64,000 nucleotides of DNA from Nitrospirota bacterium (GTDB lineage Bacteria; Nitrospirota; UBA9217), in assembly GCA_035623825.1 (NCBI GenBank), contig DASPSR010000030.1, forward strand, positions 1 through 64,000. Reading direction: 5' to 3'. Position 1 is the stretch's first letter. Every line of letters starts with the position of its first letter. Of this stretch, positions 1-10,812 are shown in pieces. The position numbers and the translations under genes were made by a program. The notes beneath the pieces were generated by a model that saw nothing but the letters and a program-made list of their open reading frames with translations, was not told where the DNA came from and searched no databases.

Positions 1-989
1 CGTCGAATCTGCCGAAGGATCCCTATGTTGCACGCCTGTATTTGAGGTACTTCGTGCCTCTTTCCTCTGAAACCGAGAAGGTGGAGCGGGGGATGGATCA
101 ACTCCCGGGGTACCAACCAGTCGCGAGATGGGAAATAAAAGCCGGGAAGTTTACCCTCACGGACGATTTTGACCAGAACCGTTATGCCAATAATAACAGG
201 ACACAGTTCCTCAATTACGATTTTTTGTATAACACTGCCTGGGATTATGCATCGGATATTCAGGGCTACAGCTACGGATTTGTCACAGCCCTCGTACAGC
301 CGAGATGGAAAGTGGCCTTCGGGGTCTTCATGGAACCGAATACCGCCAACGGCGCCGATTATGATTTCTTCAATACGCGTGAACTGGGTTACAATCTGGA
401 ACTCACCCTGAAGCCAAACAATGCGGGGACCGTAGTCCGTCTGCTCTCCTATTTCAACGAGGCGAGGATGGGAAACTACAATGATGCCCTGGAGCTCGGT
501 CGTGCCACCTCCTCAACACCTAGTCTCCTGCTCGTCGAGAAGCCCGGCGGCACAAAGTACGGTTTTGGACTCAATTTCGAGCAACCGCTTGCGGACGAAG
601 GAGAAACAGGCATGTTCGGGCGCATTGGCTGGAATGATGGTTACTACGAGAGCTGGACCTACACGGAGTCCGATCGCCATGCAAGCCTTGGAGCCCAGCT
701 GAGCGGAGTGCACTGGGGGAGGAAGGAAGACCTGATAGGCATTGCGTACGGAATAAATGGCCTGTCTACCCCGCACAGTAGTTATCTTGCCACAGGCGGC
801 ATTGGCATACTTCTTGGGGACGGCAAGCTTAATTACGGTCTGGAGCAGGTTCTCGAAACTTATTATCGCATACAGATCGGCCGATACGCGCAATTGTCAC
901 CCGATTTTCAATACGTAGAGAATCCTGGATACAACCGCGATCGGGGACCTGCAGAAATCTATTCTCTGCGGTTACACTTGGTCTATTGA
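1..989 (+). CDS. Carbohydrate-selective porin OprB family / high-affinity Mn2+ porin-like outer membrane protein (5'-truncated by window edge)
   Basis: Frame is open from the window start (SNLPKDPYVARLYLRYF...). Motifs include GKFTLTDDFDQNRYAN, WDYASD and ETYYRIQ..LSPDFQYVENPGYNRDRGP, with an aromatic C-terminal residue. Confidence 0.8.
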   Translation, partial: SNLPKDPYVARLYLRYFVPLSSETEKVERGMDQLPGYQPVARWEIKAGKFTLTDDFDQNRYANNNRTQFLNYDFLYNTAWDYASDIQGYSYGFVTALVQPRWKVAFGVFMEPNTANGADYDFFNTRELGYNLELTLKPNNAGTVVRLLSYFNEARMGNYNDALELGRATSSTPSLLLVEKPGGTKYGFGLNFEQPLADEGETGMFGRIGWNDGYYESWTYTESDRHASLGAQLSGVHWGRKEDLIGIAYGINGLSTPHSSYLATGGIGILLGDGKLNYGLEQVLETYYRIQIGRYAQLSPDFQYVENPGYNRDRGPAEIYSLRLHLVY

Positions 990-1434
990 TTCAGGAGTGG
1001 GAAATCGAACGATGAACTTTTTTCACGGGGCTTTATTATAATAATCACAGCAGGCCATCCCCTCCCGGTACTGTCGTAATGTTGCCACAGCCCATACTTT
1101 GAGATCGCTCCAAGCAATATCTATTTTTTGCCATTAACATTGTTTATTTCTTAGACATGAAAAAGATTTCTATTACACGTATATCTCGTTTCGCATCCTT
1201 TCAGATATCATGCAATAATGATGGAATTACTCTTTTGCTTTGCCCTTGGGTCGAAATACAGTGAATTCATTGACTATAATATCTGGAAGTGGTAACTTAT
1301 AGAGAATTTTTCAGGTCGATGCGATATCAACATCAATGATACCTGCAGAGTGAGGCATGGCAGGCGGACCATGCATTCATCACATTTATTCCCAACTTCA
1401 GCCGCTGGAGCACCGCATATTACGGGTCATTTGC

Positions 1435-2121
1435 ATGAGCATGCGCTGTCTGATCATAGAAGACGAAGCTGATACTGCTCGTTTCATTCGCAATGGACTC
1501 AAGGAAGCGGGCTATACAGTAACTTGGTGCAGCGAGAGCGTGGAGGGGCTGCATCTTGCCATGAGTGAGGAGTGGGACATTGCGATTCTCGATAGGATGT
1601 TACCGGGTAAGATTGACGGTCTGTCGATTGTTAAGACCTTGAGAGAACTAGGGAAAACGACACCGGTGCTGATTTTGAGCGCTCTGGCAAGTTTAGACGA
1701 ACGCGTGCGAGGGTTGCGCGGAGGGGGCGACGATTATCTGACCAAGCCGTTCGCCTTTTCCGAGTTGCTGGCCAGAGTTGAAGCGCTAATAAGACGCTCC
1801 GGGAAACGGGAAGACACAACGGAGTTGCGGATCGCTGACCTGAGGCTCGATTTGAGGACGCGCAGAGCCGAACGCGGAGGGAAGCTGATCTCCCTGCAGC
1901 CCAGGGAATTCCGGCTGCTCGAATACTTGGTGCGTCATCAAGAACAAATTGTCACTCGCACAATGCTTCTGGAGTCGGTCTGGGACTATCATTTCGATCC
2001 CCAGACAAACGTGATCGATGTCCAGATCAGTCGACTACGCAGTAAAATTGACAAGGGATTTTCCCCCCCGCTTCTTCATACGATACGGGGTGCCGGCTAT
2101 ATGGTAAGTGCTCATGGTTAG
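1435..2121 (+). CDS. OmpR-family (CusR/CzcR-like) response regulator
   Basis: Receiver domain (IIEDE, DRMLP, DDYLTKPF) plus winged helix (VWDYHFDPQTNVIDVQISRLR..HTIRGAGY). Start placed at ATG 1435 by comparison with the paralog at 3647. Confidence 0.93.
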   Translation: MSMRCLIIEDEADTARFIRNGLKEAGYTVTWCSESVEGLHLAMSEEWDIAILDRMLPGKIDGLSIVKTLRELGKTTPVLILSALASLDERVRGLRGGGDDYLTKPFAFSELLARVEALIRRSGKREDTTELRIADLRLDLRTRRAERGGKLISLQPREFRLLEYLVRHQEQIVTRTMLLESVWDYHFDPQTNVIDVQISRLRSKIDKGFSPPLLHTIRGAGYMVSAHG

Positions 2122-3472
2122 ACTGTGGGAATCGGTTGCATTCCGACTGGCTATATTCTGCGGGGCTCTGGTCATGGGCTCCGTCACAATTTTTTCCGCT
2201 ATCTTCTATTTTGGAACTATCCGCGTACTAAATCAGGACGTCGATCGAAAAATAACTTCCATATCTCAGCTGCTTTCCGTCAAGTACGGGACTCAGGGGC
2301 TTGATGCGCTTCACAGGGAAATAGACGCAATCCTCAACGACAAGTTCGACGTTGATACAGAGATTTATTACCTCGCTGGAGCCGATGGGAGAAAGGTCGC
2401 AGGCAATATGTCGGACTGGAAAGAGCTTTCATCTCCGCTCGATCAGTCGATAGATCGGGATGTTCTTCGCGATGGTAATCCGTCATCCGCCCGGCTGCTA
2501 TTGCACCGACTCCCTAATGGAGGCCTCGTTATAGTCGGCCGTGATATGAAAGATATAAACGAAATCACCTATCTGGTATGGCGCACGATAGGCATCGGAT
2601 GCGGTGTTGCCCTGATGCTCGCTGTTGGTGGCACGATCCTTTTCCGATACCTGCTTCAGCGACGTGTGGGGGCCATCCGTAAGACCGTCGAAGAAATCGA
2701 AGCCGGGAGACTTGATAGACGAATTCCTATATCAGGAGTCGAAGATGAATTTGCACGCTTAGGCCGCGAGATGAACCGGATGCTTGATCGTATTGAGCAC
2801 TTGATGGATGGGGTGCGCCACGTTTCCAACACGATCGCTCACAATCTGAGAACCCCTCTCGGCCGCATCCGGGGCCATCTTGATGAGGCCCTTCGCGCCG
2901 CTGATTCGTCGCAGCTTGCCGATGCAGCCGAGTTTTCAATTGAACAGATCGATGGCCTGATCGCCGTTTTTGACAGGCTCCTGCAGATCGCCGAGTCGGA
3001 ATCTGGAATACGTCGTCAACCCTTCAAGACAGTAGCGTTAAGAGAGGTAGTGACCAACGTTGTCGAATTGTATGATGCAATAGCAGAAGAAAAGGGCATC
3101 GCCCTCGTTACGAACATCGAGGGCGATCCGAAGACACTGGGCGATAAGGACCTGTTGGCGAGCGCACTCGCAAATCTGCTCGACAATGCATTCAAATACG
3201 GGGGGCGCTCGGTTACAATCAGCGTTCGAACAAGGCAGAACACGGGAACAGTGTCTGTCGTAGTTCAGGACAACGGGCCGGGGATCCCGCCCGAGGAGCG
3301 TCCCAAGGTGACCCAGCGTTTCTATCGCCTTGACCAAAATGTGCCTGGAACCGGCCTTGGCCTTTCGATTGTTGACGCCATTGCTCAGCTGCACGGAGCC
3401 TCGCTCCAGCTAGAAGATGCTTCTCCTGGCCTGTTAGCCCGGCTTGACCTGCCGCCTAGTCCCTCTCAGTGA
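2114..3472 (+). CDS. Sensor histidine kinase (HAMP, HisKA, HATPase)
   Basis: Two TM helices, H-box IAHNLRTPL, N-box NLLDNAFKY, G-boxes DNGPGI and GTGLGL. Overlaps the regulator's stop codon. Confidence 0.93.
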   Translation: MVRLWESVAFRLAIFCGALVMGSVTIFSAIFYFGTIRVLNQDVDRKITSISQLLSVKYGTQGLDALHREIDAILNDKFDVDTEIYYLAGADGRKVAGNMSDWKELSSPLDQSIDRDVLRDGNPSSARLLLHRLPNGGLVIVGRDMKDINEITYLVWRTIGIGCGVALMLAVGGTILFRYLLQRRVGAIRKTVEEIEAGRLDRRIPISGVEDEFARLGREMNRMLDRIEHLMDGVRHVSNTIAHNLRTPLGRIRGHLDEALRAADSSQLADAAEFSIEQIDGLIAVFDRLLQIAESESGIRRQPFKTVALREVVTNVVELYDAIAEEKGIALVTNIEGDPKTLGDKDLLASALANLLDNAFKYGGRSVTISVRTRQNTGTVSVVVQDNGPGIPPEERPKVTQRFYRLDQNVPGTGLGLSIVDAIAQLHGASLQLEDASPGLLARLDLPPSPSQ

Positions 3473-3562
3473 ACAGCGATCAATAAACGCGCCCTTCATG
3501 GTTTCTCTCTCTTGATTCAGCCCCTATCCTGCACCCTCATCAACCTTTCCAAATGTTAATCT

Positions 3563-3581
3563 AACGGAAATGGAACGGAAA
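3563..3581 (+). promoter_or_regulatory. Direct repeat AACGGAAA x2 with 11-bp period; candidate OmpR-family binding site
   Basis: ctAACGGAAAtggAACGGAAAg upstream of the second regulator and the RND operon. Confidence 0.4.
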
Positions 3582-3646
3582 GACAATATCACTATAATAA
3601 GCACATAATGGCTCTCGGAGCCAGGCGCCTAGGAGCCATGTTTTTT

Positions 3647-4333
3647 ATGAGCATGCATTGTTTGATTATAGAAGATGAACGGGATACAGCACATTTTATC
3701 CGTAAGGGCCTTAAGGAAGCAGGTTATATAGTCACCTGCTGTAACGAGCTTGCGGAAGGCCTCAATTTTGCCGTCCGGAAACAGTGGGACATTATAATCG
3801 TCGACAGAATGTTGTCCGGCAACGTTGATGGCCTCTTGATCGTCAAAATCCTTACGAAACTCGACAAAAGAACCCCGGTTCTGATTCTCACAGCTTTGGC
3901 GATGCTGGACGAACGTGTGCGGGGGCTTCGCAAGGTTGGCCATGATTACCTTATCAAACCATTCACCTTTTCACATTTTTTGGCTCGAGTGGAGGCGCTG
4001 ACTCGCCGACACCTTCAATTGAAGAATATGGAAGAATTGCAGGTCGCAGATCTGAAGTTAAATTTGCGAACCCGCACGGCTGAACGAGGGGGAAGGCCGA
4101 TCTCCTTGCAACCGCGGGAATTTCGGTTGCTTGAGCATTTAGTGCGGCATCAAAACCAAATAGTGACGCGCACGGCCCTGCTGGAGTCGGTCTGGGACTG
4201 TCATTTTGATTCCAATGCCGGTGTTCTGAATGTTCAGATCAGCCGTCTTCGGCGTAAGATAGACAAAGGTTTCTCGCCGCGGCTTCTCCATACGATACGG
4301 GGCGCCGGCTACATGGTGAGCGTCGATGGTTAG
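3647..4333 (+). CDS. OmpR-family response regulator, diverged tandem paralog of 1435-2121
   Basis: Same length (228 aa) and clearly similar sequence (MSMHCLIIEDE..DRML..HTIRGAGYMVS). Confidence 0.9.
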   Translation: MSMHCLIIEDERDTAHFIRKGLKEAGYIVTCCNELAEGLNFAVRKQWDIIIVDRMLSGNVDGLLIVKILTKLDKRTPVLILTALAMLDERVRGLRKVGHDYLIKPFTFSHFLARVEALTRRHLQLKNMEELQVADLKLNLRTRTAERGGRPISLQPREFRLLEHLVRHQNQIVTRTALLESVWDCHFDSNAGVLNVQISRLRRKIDKGFSPRLLHTIRGAGYMVSVDG

Positions 4334-4550
4334 TGTTCCTTTCGCGAAACCGATACCAGATCAGTAGCTGAGATGCGTTCATTTCCTCGATGACGGCTAC
4401 AGGATTCGATTGCTTATTCTGCTAATGAAAATGAGAGAGGAAAACGCAGTATCGTAAAATATCTGGCGTTGCAAGGTCTGGGAAACAATTATTAAACTAT
4501 ATACTGTGCAAAATGAGCAATCAGGCTAGAGTCGAGAGCGAGGTCTATCC

Positions 4551-5555
4551 ATGCAATTAAAGAGAACTACCCTATTGGCCGCCGCTGCAGCAGTTGCAGT
4601 GATGGTGATCTCAATCGATATCTATTTCACAAGAACACGGTCAGGTTTTGGCCCTGAACAAGCAAATGCTGTTCGGGGCCAACTTTCAGGTCTATCGTCG
4701 AGTCAGACTCAGAGCACCGTGATCCTGGAAAAGGCACAACTAAAAACAATCAAGGTCGAGCCCGTAGGCACGCATCTTTTCCGGGTCGAGCGGGAGGCAG
4801 TCGGCGGCATTGATTTCGATGAAGACGTCTCCGTTGTCCAGGCTGAATCGGCTTTGGTTGGTGCGGCGGCGGCCCTCGAAGTGGCCAATAAGGAACTTGC
4901 ACGTGCAAGGGAACTTTACTCGGCCAATGTTGGCGTGTCCCAGAGGGAGCTGGAACAGGCGATTGGTGATCAACAAACCGCTGCAGCCGCCCTCAAATCA
5001 GCTCGCGATGCTGTCCGGATTCTTGGGAAGACGGAATCGGAAATCGATCAAATGATAACGACAGGCAAGATCGAGCCAGCGCTTGTTAGTCGGGTTGCGG
5101 TTGCAAACGTCAGCGAAAGCGACTCCCCACTTTTTCAAGTGGGGCAGCCAGTTACCGTCAGGGTCATGGCCTATCCTGACCGTGTGTTTGAGGGCAAGAT
5201 TTACAAGATATACGCCGTCGTTGATCCGAATACTCACAGGACCAAGATCCGCGCAAAAGTTGCAGATCCCAGAAGCGAGCTGCGTCCCGGAATGCTCGCA
5301 AGCATCATGATTCGCGTTCAAGAACCCCTGAAAGCCGTCGCGATACCAGCCACTGGCGTGGTCCGGGAAGGGGACGGCACCATGACCGTCTGGGTAACGA
5401 CCGATCGTCATCAGTTCCTACAAAGGACCGTTAAACTCGGTCTGCAAAAAGACGGCTGGGATCAAATTGTCGAGGGTCTCAATCCAGGCGAACTCGCAGT
5501 TACCGATGGAGGCATATTCCTTAGCAATATGCTGGAAGCCCCTCCGACCGATTAG
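4551..5555 (+). CDS. RND efflux periplasmic adaptor (CzcB/HlyD family)
   Basis: N-terminal TM, alpha-hairpin, VDPNTHRTKIR and LRPGM motifs. Lies immediately upstream of the RND pump. Confidence 0.88.
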   Translation: MQLKRTTLLAAAAAVAVMVISIDIYFTRTRSGFGPEQANAVRGQLSGLSSSQTQSTVILEKAQLKTIKVEPVGTHLFRVEREAVGGIDFDEDVSVVQAESALVGAAAALEVANKELARARELYSANVGVSQRELEQAIGDQQTAAAALKSARDAVRILGKTESEIDQMITTGKIEPALVSRVAVANVSESDSPLFQVGQPVTVRVMAYPDRVFEGKIYKIYAVVDPNTHRTKIRAKVADPRSELRPGMLASIMIRVQEPLKAVAIPATGVVREGDGTMTVWVTTDRHQFLQRTVKLGLQKDGWDQIVEGLNPGELAVTDGGIFLSNMLEAPPTD

Positions 5556-5557
5556 CC

Positions 5558-8500
5558 ATGTTCAAGTCTCTTATATCATTTTGTCTAAGCCACCGAGCGA
5601 TCGTCATGGTCGGCCTTTTGCTTTTTGCCGGGGCTGGATTCGTCGCTTTTCAGAAGCTCAACATTGAGGCGTATCCAAATCCAACACCCGTCATCCTCGA
5701 AATCACGGCCCAGGCGCCCGGTCTCTCGGCTGAGGAGATGGAGCGGTACTACACTCGCCCGATCGAGATCGGACTCTACACGACACCCGGCATTGATGTG
5801 ATCCGTTCCACTTCGTTTTATGGCTTGTCGTTCGTACGGGTCGTGTTCAAGTATGGCGTGGACTATCATTTTGCCTATGCGCAGGCGGCGGTGGCTCTGC
5901 AGCAAAACGTCAGTCTTCCGGGCGGCCTGACTCCTACAATACAACAGAACAGCACAACCGGCGAAATCTATCGTTATCAGGTAATCGGATCGAAACATTT
6001 CGGTCTTATCAACCTTCGCACGGTCCAGGATTGGATCGTGCGGCGCAGACTGCTGACCATTCCAGGCATTGTTCAGGTTAACAGTTGGGGAGGCCCGACG
6101 AAGCAATTCCAGGTTGAGGCCGATCCCCTCAGACTCGAAGTCTATAACGTTACGGTGCCGCAAATGCTGACCGCGCTTGGTAACGCGAACCTCAATGTCG
6201 GTGGACGCGAAATCCGCATTGGACAACAATCGATCAATATCCGGGGAGTCGGGTTGATCGATGATGGCGGCGAAGATGACCTGACCAAAGGCTACAAAGT
6301 CGATGACATCGAAAATGTCGTTCTCAGCCAGGCAAATGGCGTTCCCGTGTTGGTGAAGGATGTTGCGAAGGTCTCTGTCGGTTATGTGCCGAGACTCGGC
6401 ATCTGGGGACGTGACAAGGAGGACGATGCGGTTTCGGCAATCGTAGTGATGAGTCGGACCGAGCGAGGCCACGAAATGATCCCGAAGGTCAAGGCGGAAA
6501 TCGCTAAGATGAATAGCGACGGAAGCCTGCCGCCGGGTGTCAAGATTGTCCCTTTTTACGATCGCCAATCGTTGCTCGACGTCACCACCCATACTGTCCT
6601 CCATAATCTATTGTTTGGATGTCTTTTGATTTTCATAGTTCAATGGATATTCCTTGGAAATCTCCGCAGTGCGATCATCGTCGGATTGAACATCCCCTTT
6701 GCGCTTCTCTTCGCGGTTATCCTTCTCGTGCTGCGTGGAGAAAGCGCCAACCTGCTGTCAGTTGGTGCGGTTGATCTCGGCATCATTGTGGATTCGGCGG
6801 TTATTCTCGTTGAGAATGTCTTCCGCAACTTTCAAAAAACTCCTGAAGAAAGAATGGGAATTGTTCACCGGCTCACGGAGGGAGTTTTTGGGCCGGACCC
6901 TACTAGAATCCCCTTACGCTCCGCATCGGTTCACGGATGGACGGACCGCCTGCGGCTGATTCTGATCAGCGCGATGCAGGTGGACAAGGCGATTCTTTTT
7001 TCGGGGCTGATCACGGTTGCCGGTTTTGTCCCGCTCTTTACCATGCAGGGCGTTGAGGGGCAGATTTTCGGGCCCATGGCGCGTACGTATGCTTACGCGC
7101 TCGCAGGCGCGCTACTGTCTACGTTCAGCGTCACTCCCGTGCTTACTTCCCTGCTAGTCCCTGAGCACCTTAAGGAAGCCGAGACATTCGTTGTCCGAGC
7201 TTTGCACCGTATTTATAAGCCCGTGCTTCGGTTTGCGCTGGCACATCAGGTGATCATGGTATTGAGCGGAATTGCTGCTCTTGCCGCCACTGTATTCATG
7301 GCTTTGCACCTAGGCAGCGAGTTCCTTCCAGCTCTCGAAGAAGGCAACCTTTGGATTCGTGCCTCTATGCCATTGACACTTTCACTTGAAGATGGCGAGG
7401 CGGCGGCGAGAAAAATGAGGCTGATTCTGCTGCAGCATCCGGAGGTCATTACAGTGACGTCACAACACGGACGCCCCGACGACGGCAGTGATGCATCGCC
7501 GTTCTCCAACGTAGAGTTGTTCGCACCTCTCAAACCGCGAGAACAATGGCCCAAGGGGCTGACCAAAGAAAAATTGATTCAGCAGATTCAGGATGAGTTC
7601 AACGACGAACTTCCGGGAATCAGCTTCAATTTTTCGCAATACATCCAGGACAACATCGAAGAAGGGATCTCGGGAGTAAAAGGTGCTAATTCGGTCAAGA
7701 TTATCGGGCCCAATCTCGAAACCTTGACGACGCTGGCCGGGCAGGTCCGCGACCAGATGAGCCGGGTGCGGGGCGTAACAGATCTCGGCGTCTTCCCAGT
7801 GCTCGGGCAACCAAATCTGAATATCAAGATCGATCGGGCCAAGGCCGCTCGATATGGCCTGAATTCCGGCGACATCAACTCAGTCGTTCAAGCTGCAATA
7901 GGAGGCGTGGTGGCGACTACAGTGCTGGAGGGGGAGGGCCGCCAGTTCGGCGTTTCCATCCGGTTCCCTCCCGCGTATCGTGACAGCATCGATAAAATTA
8001 GAAATATCAAGGTGGCATATCAAATGGCGAATGGAGCAAATGCTTACATTCCCTTGGGGGAACTGGCTACTATTTCCCTGGATACGGGTGCGTCCTGGGT
8101 TTACCACGAGAGTACGGAGCGATTCATCCCTATCAAATTCAGTGTGCGCGAGCGCGATCTGGGAAGCACCGTCGCAGAAGCCCAGGAACTCATTGCGAAA
8201 AATATAAAGCTCCCGAACGGATATCGAATGGTGTGGGCTGGTGAGTTCGGGCAGCTTCAGTTGGCAAAGCAGCGACTATTGATAATAGTACCTATCACGC
8301 TCATGCTGATCTTCGGGCTGCTCTACAGTCTATTTAATTCGCTTTTGGAATGTCTTCTGACGCTCACCGGCATTCCTTTCGCGGTCGCCGGTGGCGTGTT
8401 GGCGCTTTATCTTTCCGGTCTCAATTTCAGCATTTCTGCCGGAATTGGCTTCATCTCGTTATTCGGCGTTTCCGTTATGAACGGAATTCTGCTGATGACC

Positions 8501-8770
8501 AATTACAATCGAGCAAAGCTTCACGGAGGAACGCCTCGTGACTCGATGTTTCATGCCGCCTCCACTCTTATGCGACCTTTGCTGATGATTAGCCTATCCG
8601 CGTGTATAGGCCTGCTTCCTGCAGCGATTTCGACCGGCATTGGAAGTGAAGTGCAGCGTCCGCTCGCCACTGTGATCGTCGGCGGCATGCTGGTAGGTCC
8701 AATCATGCTGCTCATCGTTGTCCCGTCGCTTAAGATGGTGTTTTTAGGGGAAAAGGATAAAAAGGAGTAA
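5558..8770 (+). CDS. CusA/CzcA family heavy-metal RND efflux pump
   Basis: 1070 aa. NIEAYPNP, DLGIIVDSAVILVEN (CzcA-type proton-relay region), GSEFLPALEEG, GSEVQRPLATVIVGG. Confidence 0.92.
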   Translation: MFKSLISFCLSHRAIVMVGLLLFAGAGFVAFQKLNIEAYPNPTPVILEITAQAPGLSAEEMERYYTRPIEIGLYTTPGIDVIRSTSFYGLSFVRVVFKYGVDYHFAYAQAAVALQQNVSLPGGLTPTIQQNSTTGEIYRYQVIGSKHFGLINLRTVQDWIVRRRLLTIPGIVQVNSWGGPTKQFQVEADPLRLEVYNVTVPQMLTALGNANLNVGGREIRIGQQSINIRGVGLIDDGGEDDLTKGYKVDDIENVVLSQANGVPVLVKDVAKVSVGYVPRLGIWGRDKEDDAVSAIVVMSRTERGHEMIPKVKAEIAKMNSDGSLPPGVKIVPFYDRQSLLDVTTHTVLHNLLFGCLLIFIVQWIFLGNLRSAIIVGLNIPFALLFAVILLVLRGESANLLSVGAVDLGIIVDSAVILVENVFRNFQKTPEERMGIVHRLTEGVFGPDPTRIPLRSASVHGWTDRLRLILISAMQVDKAILFSGLITVAGFVPLFTMQGVEGQIFGPMARTYAYALAGALLSTFSVTPVLTSLLVPEHLKEAETFVVRALHRIYKPVLRFALAHQVIMVLSGIAALAATVFMALHLGSEFLPALEEGNLWIRASMPLTLSLEDGEAAARKMRLILLQHPEVITVTSQHGRPDDGSDASPFSNVELFAPLKPREQWPKGLTKEKLIQQIQDEFNDELPGISFNFSQYIQDNIEEGISGVKGANSVKIIGPNLETLTTLAGQVRDQMSRVRGVTDLGVFPVLGQPNLNIKIDRAKAARYGLNSGDINSVVQAAIGGVVATTVLEGEGRQFGVSIRFPPAYRDSIDKIRNIKVAYQMANGANAYIPLGELATISLDTGASWVYHESTERFIPIKFSVRERDLGSTVAEAQELIAKNIKLPNGYRMVWAGEFGQLQLAKQRLLIIVPITLMLIFGLLYSLFNSLLECLLTLTGIPFAVAGGVLALYLSGLNFSISAGIGFISLFGVSVMNGILLMTNYNRAKLHGGTPRDSMFHAASTLMRPLLMISLSACIGLLPAAISTGIGSEVQRPLATVIVGGMLVGPIMLLIVVPSLKMVFLGEKDKKE

Positions 8771-9044
8771 ATGCAAAAGTTGAGAATTCACAGCCGTCGT
8801 GATCAGTGCTCAGGTTGAGTTACTTGGAGCGAAACCCGGCTTTGCGGTGGTTCTAGCATCTTTATCGGTTTACGCTTATCGCTTGAACAGGTTTTATACT
8901 CAGTAGTCTGATCATCGAAGGAGATGAAGTGCCTTGCTTTCTCGTCCTTCCGTGTAAGACGACGGGACCTGCATACGGCGGTTGCGAGTGCGAAGCGTGA
9001 GGTCAGTCAATGAGCCGTACTATCGGAGGAACAACACAAGGAAA

Positions 9045-10553
9045 ATGAGCGCCTATTTAAAACGCCTTTCAGTTATTGCGGCGATAGTGTCGGCTGTTGC
9101 CCTTTTCACGGGTTGCGCAGTGGGACCAAACTTCCATCGTCCCGCTCCTCCGGAAATAAGCGGGTATACATCCCAGCCTCTGAGCGCGACGACCTCTACT
9201 GCAAACGTGCCCGGTGGTGAGGAGCAACGTTTTGTCACCGGCATGGACATTCCCAAACAGTGGTGGGAATTGTTCAAATCGCAGCCCCTCAACGCGCTTA
9301 TCGAAAAATCGCTCAAGGCCAACCCGTCTGTCGATGCAGCAAAGGCGGCATTGCGGCAGGCTCGGGAAAATGTCGCCGCACAGGCCGGCTACTACTATCC
9401 TGCTGTCCAAGCCGGTTATTCGGCCAACCGTGCGAAGGACTCGGGCACCCTTTCGCCCGTTCTAGCTTCAGGCCAAAATCCTTACACTCTCCATACTGCT
9501 CAGGCGAATGTGACTTTTGTGCCAGATGTGTTCGGCGGCAATCGGAGGCTGGTGGAATCCCTGCATGCCCAGGCCGATTTCCAACGTTTCCAGCTTGAGG
9601 CGGCTTATCTCACGCTAACATCGAACGTGGTGGCCGCGGCTGTCCAAGAGTCCTCTCTTCGTGCTCAGATTTCAGCTACGGAGAGTATCATCGAGATTGA
9701 AACAGACATGCTCAATCAATTGCGAAAGCAGTTCGAAGTCGGCTACATTGCTGCGTCGGACGTGGCCGCTCAGGAAGCTGCCCTTGCCCAGGTTCAGCAG
9801 ACTTTGCCGTCACTACATAAGCAGCTTGCACAAAATCGTGATCAGCTCATAGCACTTGCCGGACGATTTCCAAACGAAGATGTGGAGGAAAAGTTCGAGC
9901 TTGCAGATCTCAGCCTTCCACAGGAGCTACCGGTCAGCCTGCCCTCGAAACTTGTGGAGCAACGTCCGGATGTGCGCGCCGCCGAGGAGCAACTACATTC
10001 CGCCACTGCCCAGGTTGGCGTTGCGGTCGCCGCCATGGTGCCGAATATTACATTGAGCGCCGATGTGGGCAGCACCGCTACCGCAATCGGTCGATTATTC
10101 ACATCAGGCACAGGCTTCTGGTCACTTGCCGCAAATCTGACACAGCCTGTCTTCCAGGGAGGAACACTGCTGCACAGGAAACGCGCCGCTGAAGCGGGCC
10201 TGGATGATGCGGAGGCGCAGTATCGCAGCACAGTCATCGTTGCATTCCAAAACGTGGCTGATGCCCTTCATGCGCTTGAATCTGATGCCGATGCGCTGAA
10301 AGCGGCAGCGGCATTCGAACAGGCAGCGAGGCGGAGTCTCGATCTTGCACATAAACAGTTTGAAGTCGGCTATGTCAAGTACTTATCGTTGCTCACTGCG
10401 GAGCAGGCTTATCAGCAGGCTGTGATCAATCTCGTGCAGGCGCGCGCAAACCGCTTGGTTGACACCGCAGCCTTATTTATGGCGCTCGGAGGAGGCTGGT
10501 GGAACGGTCCGGACCCGGCGCATCAGCCGGCAAGCCTGAATGAACGTCGTTAG
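9045..10553 (+). CDS. Efflux outer-membrane factor lipoprotein (NodT/TolC family)
   Basis: Lipobox FTGC-AVGP, PSKLVEQRPDVRAAE, C-terminal LFMALGGGWW. Confidence 0.92.
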   Translation: MSAYLKRLSVIAAIVSAVALFTGCAVGPNFHRPAPPEISGYTSQPLSATTSTANVPGGEEQRFVTGMDIPKQWWELFKSQPLNALIEKSLKANPSVDAAKAALRQARENVAAQAGYYYPAVQAGYSANRAKDSGTLSPVLASGQNPYTLHTAQANVTFVPDVFGGNRRLVESLHAQADFQRFQLEAAYLTLTSNVVAAAVQESSLRAQISATESIIEIETDMLNQLRKQFEVGYIAASDVAAQEAALAQVQQTLPSLHKQLAQNRDQLIALAGRFPNEDVEEKFELADLSLPQELPVSLPSKLVEQRPDVRAAEEQLHSATAQVGVAVAAMVPNITLSADVGSTATAIGRLFTSGTGFWSLAANLTQPVFQGGTLLHRKRAAEAGLDDAEAQYRSTVIVAFQNVADALHALESDADALKAAAAFEQAARRSLDLAHKQFEVGYVKYLSLLTAEQAYQQAVINLVQARANRLVDTAALFMALGGGWWNGPDPAHQPASLNERR

Positions 10554-10812
10554 CATTTTATCAGTTGCCGGGGATTACCCTGCTTGCGCTTTCGACCATA
10601 TTTCGCCATTGAATTGCTGCAAAAGGGAAAAAGCTCACCGGCAGATACTCAAATAAATTCAACTCGAGTCCCAAATTGCCAAATCGGACAATCAAGTGGA
10701 AACCTTAATACATTCGCGCGGAAGCGGGAACTCGGGGCTATGATGTTCTTGCTGGATGCCCGTCTTCACATGCATGAAGAACTGTTTTCCGCAAGAGACC
10801 TTTCCTCATGCC

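Noticed and set aside
5585-6604. 339-aa antisense ORF, and similar long antisense ORFs at 19728-20438 and 34553-35287
   Set aside because: These are shadow frames of well-supported genes on the opposite strand, with no recognisable motifs.
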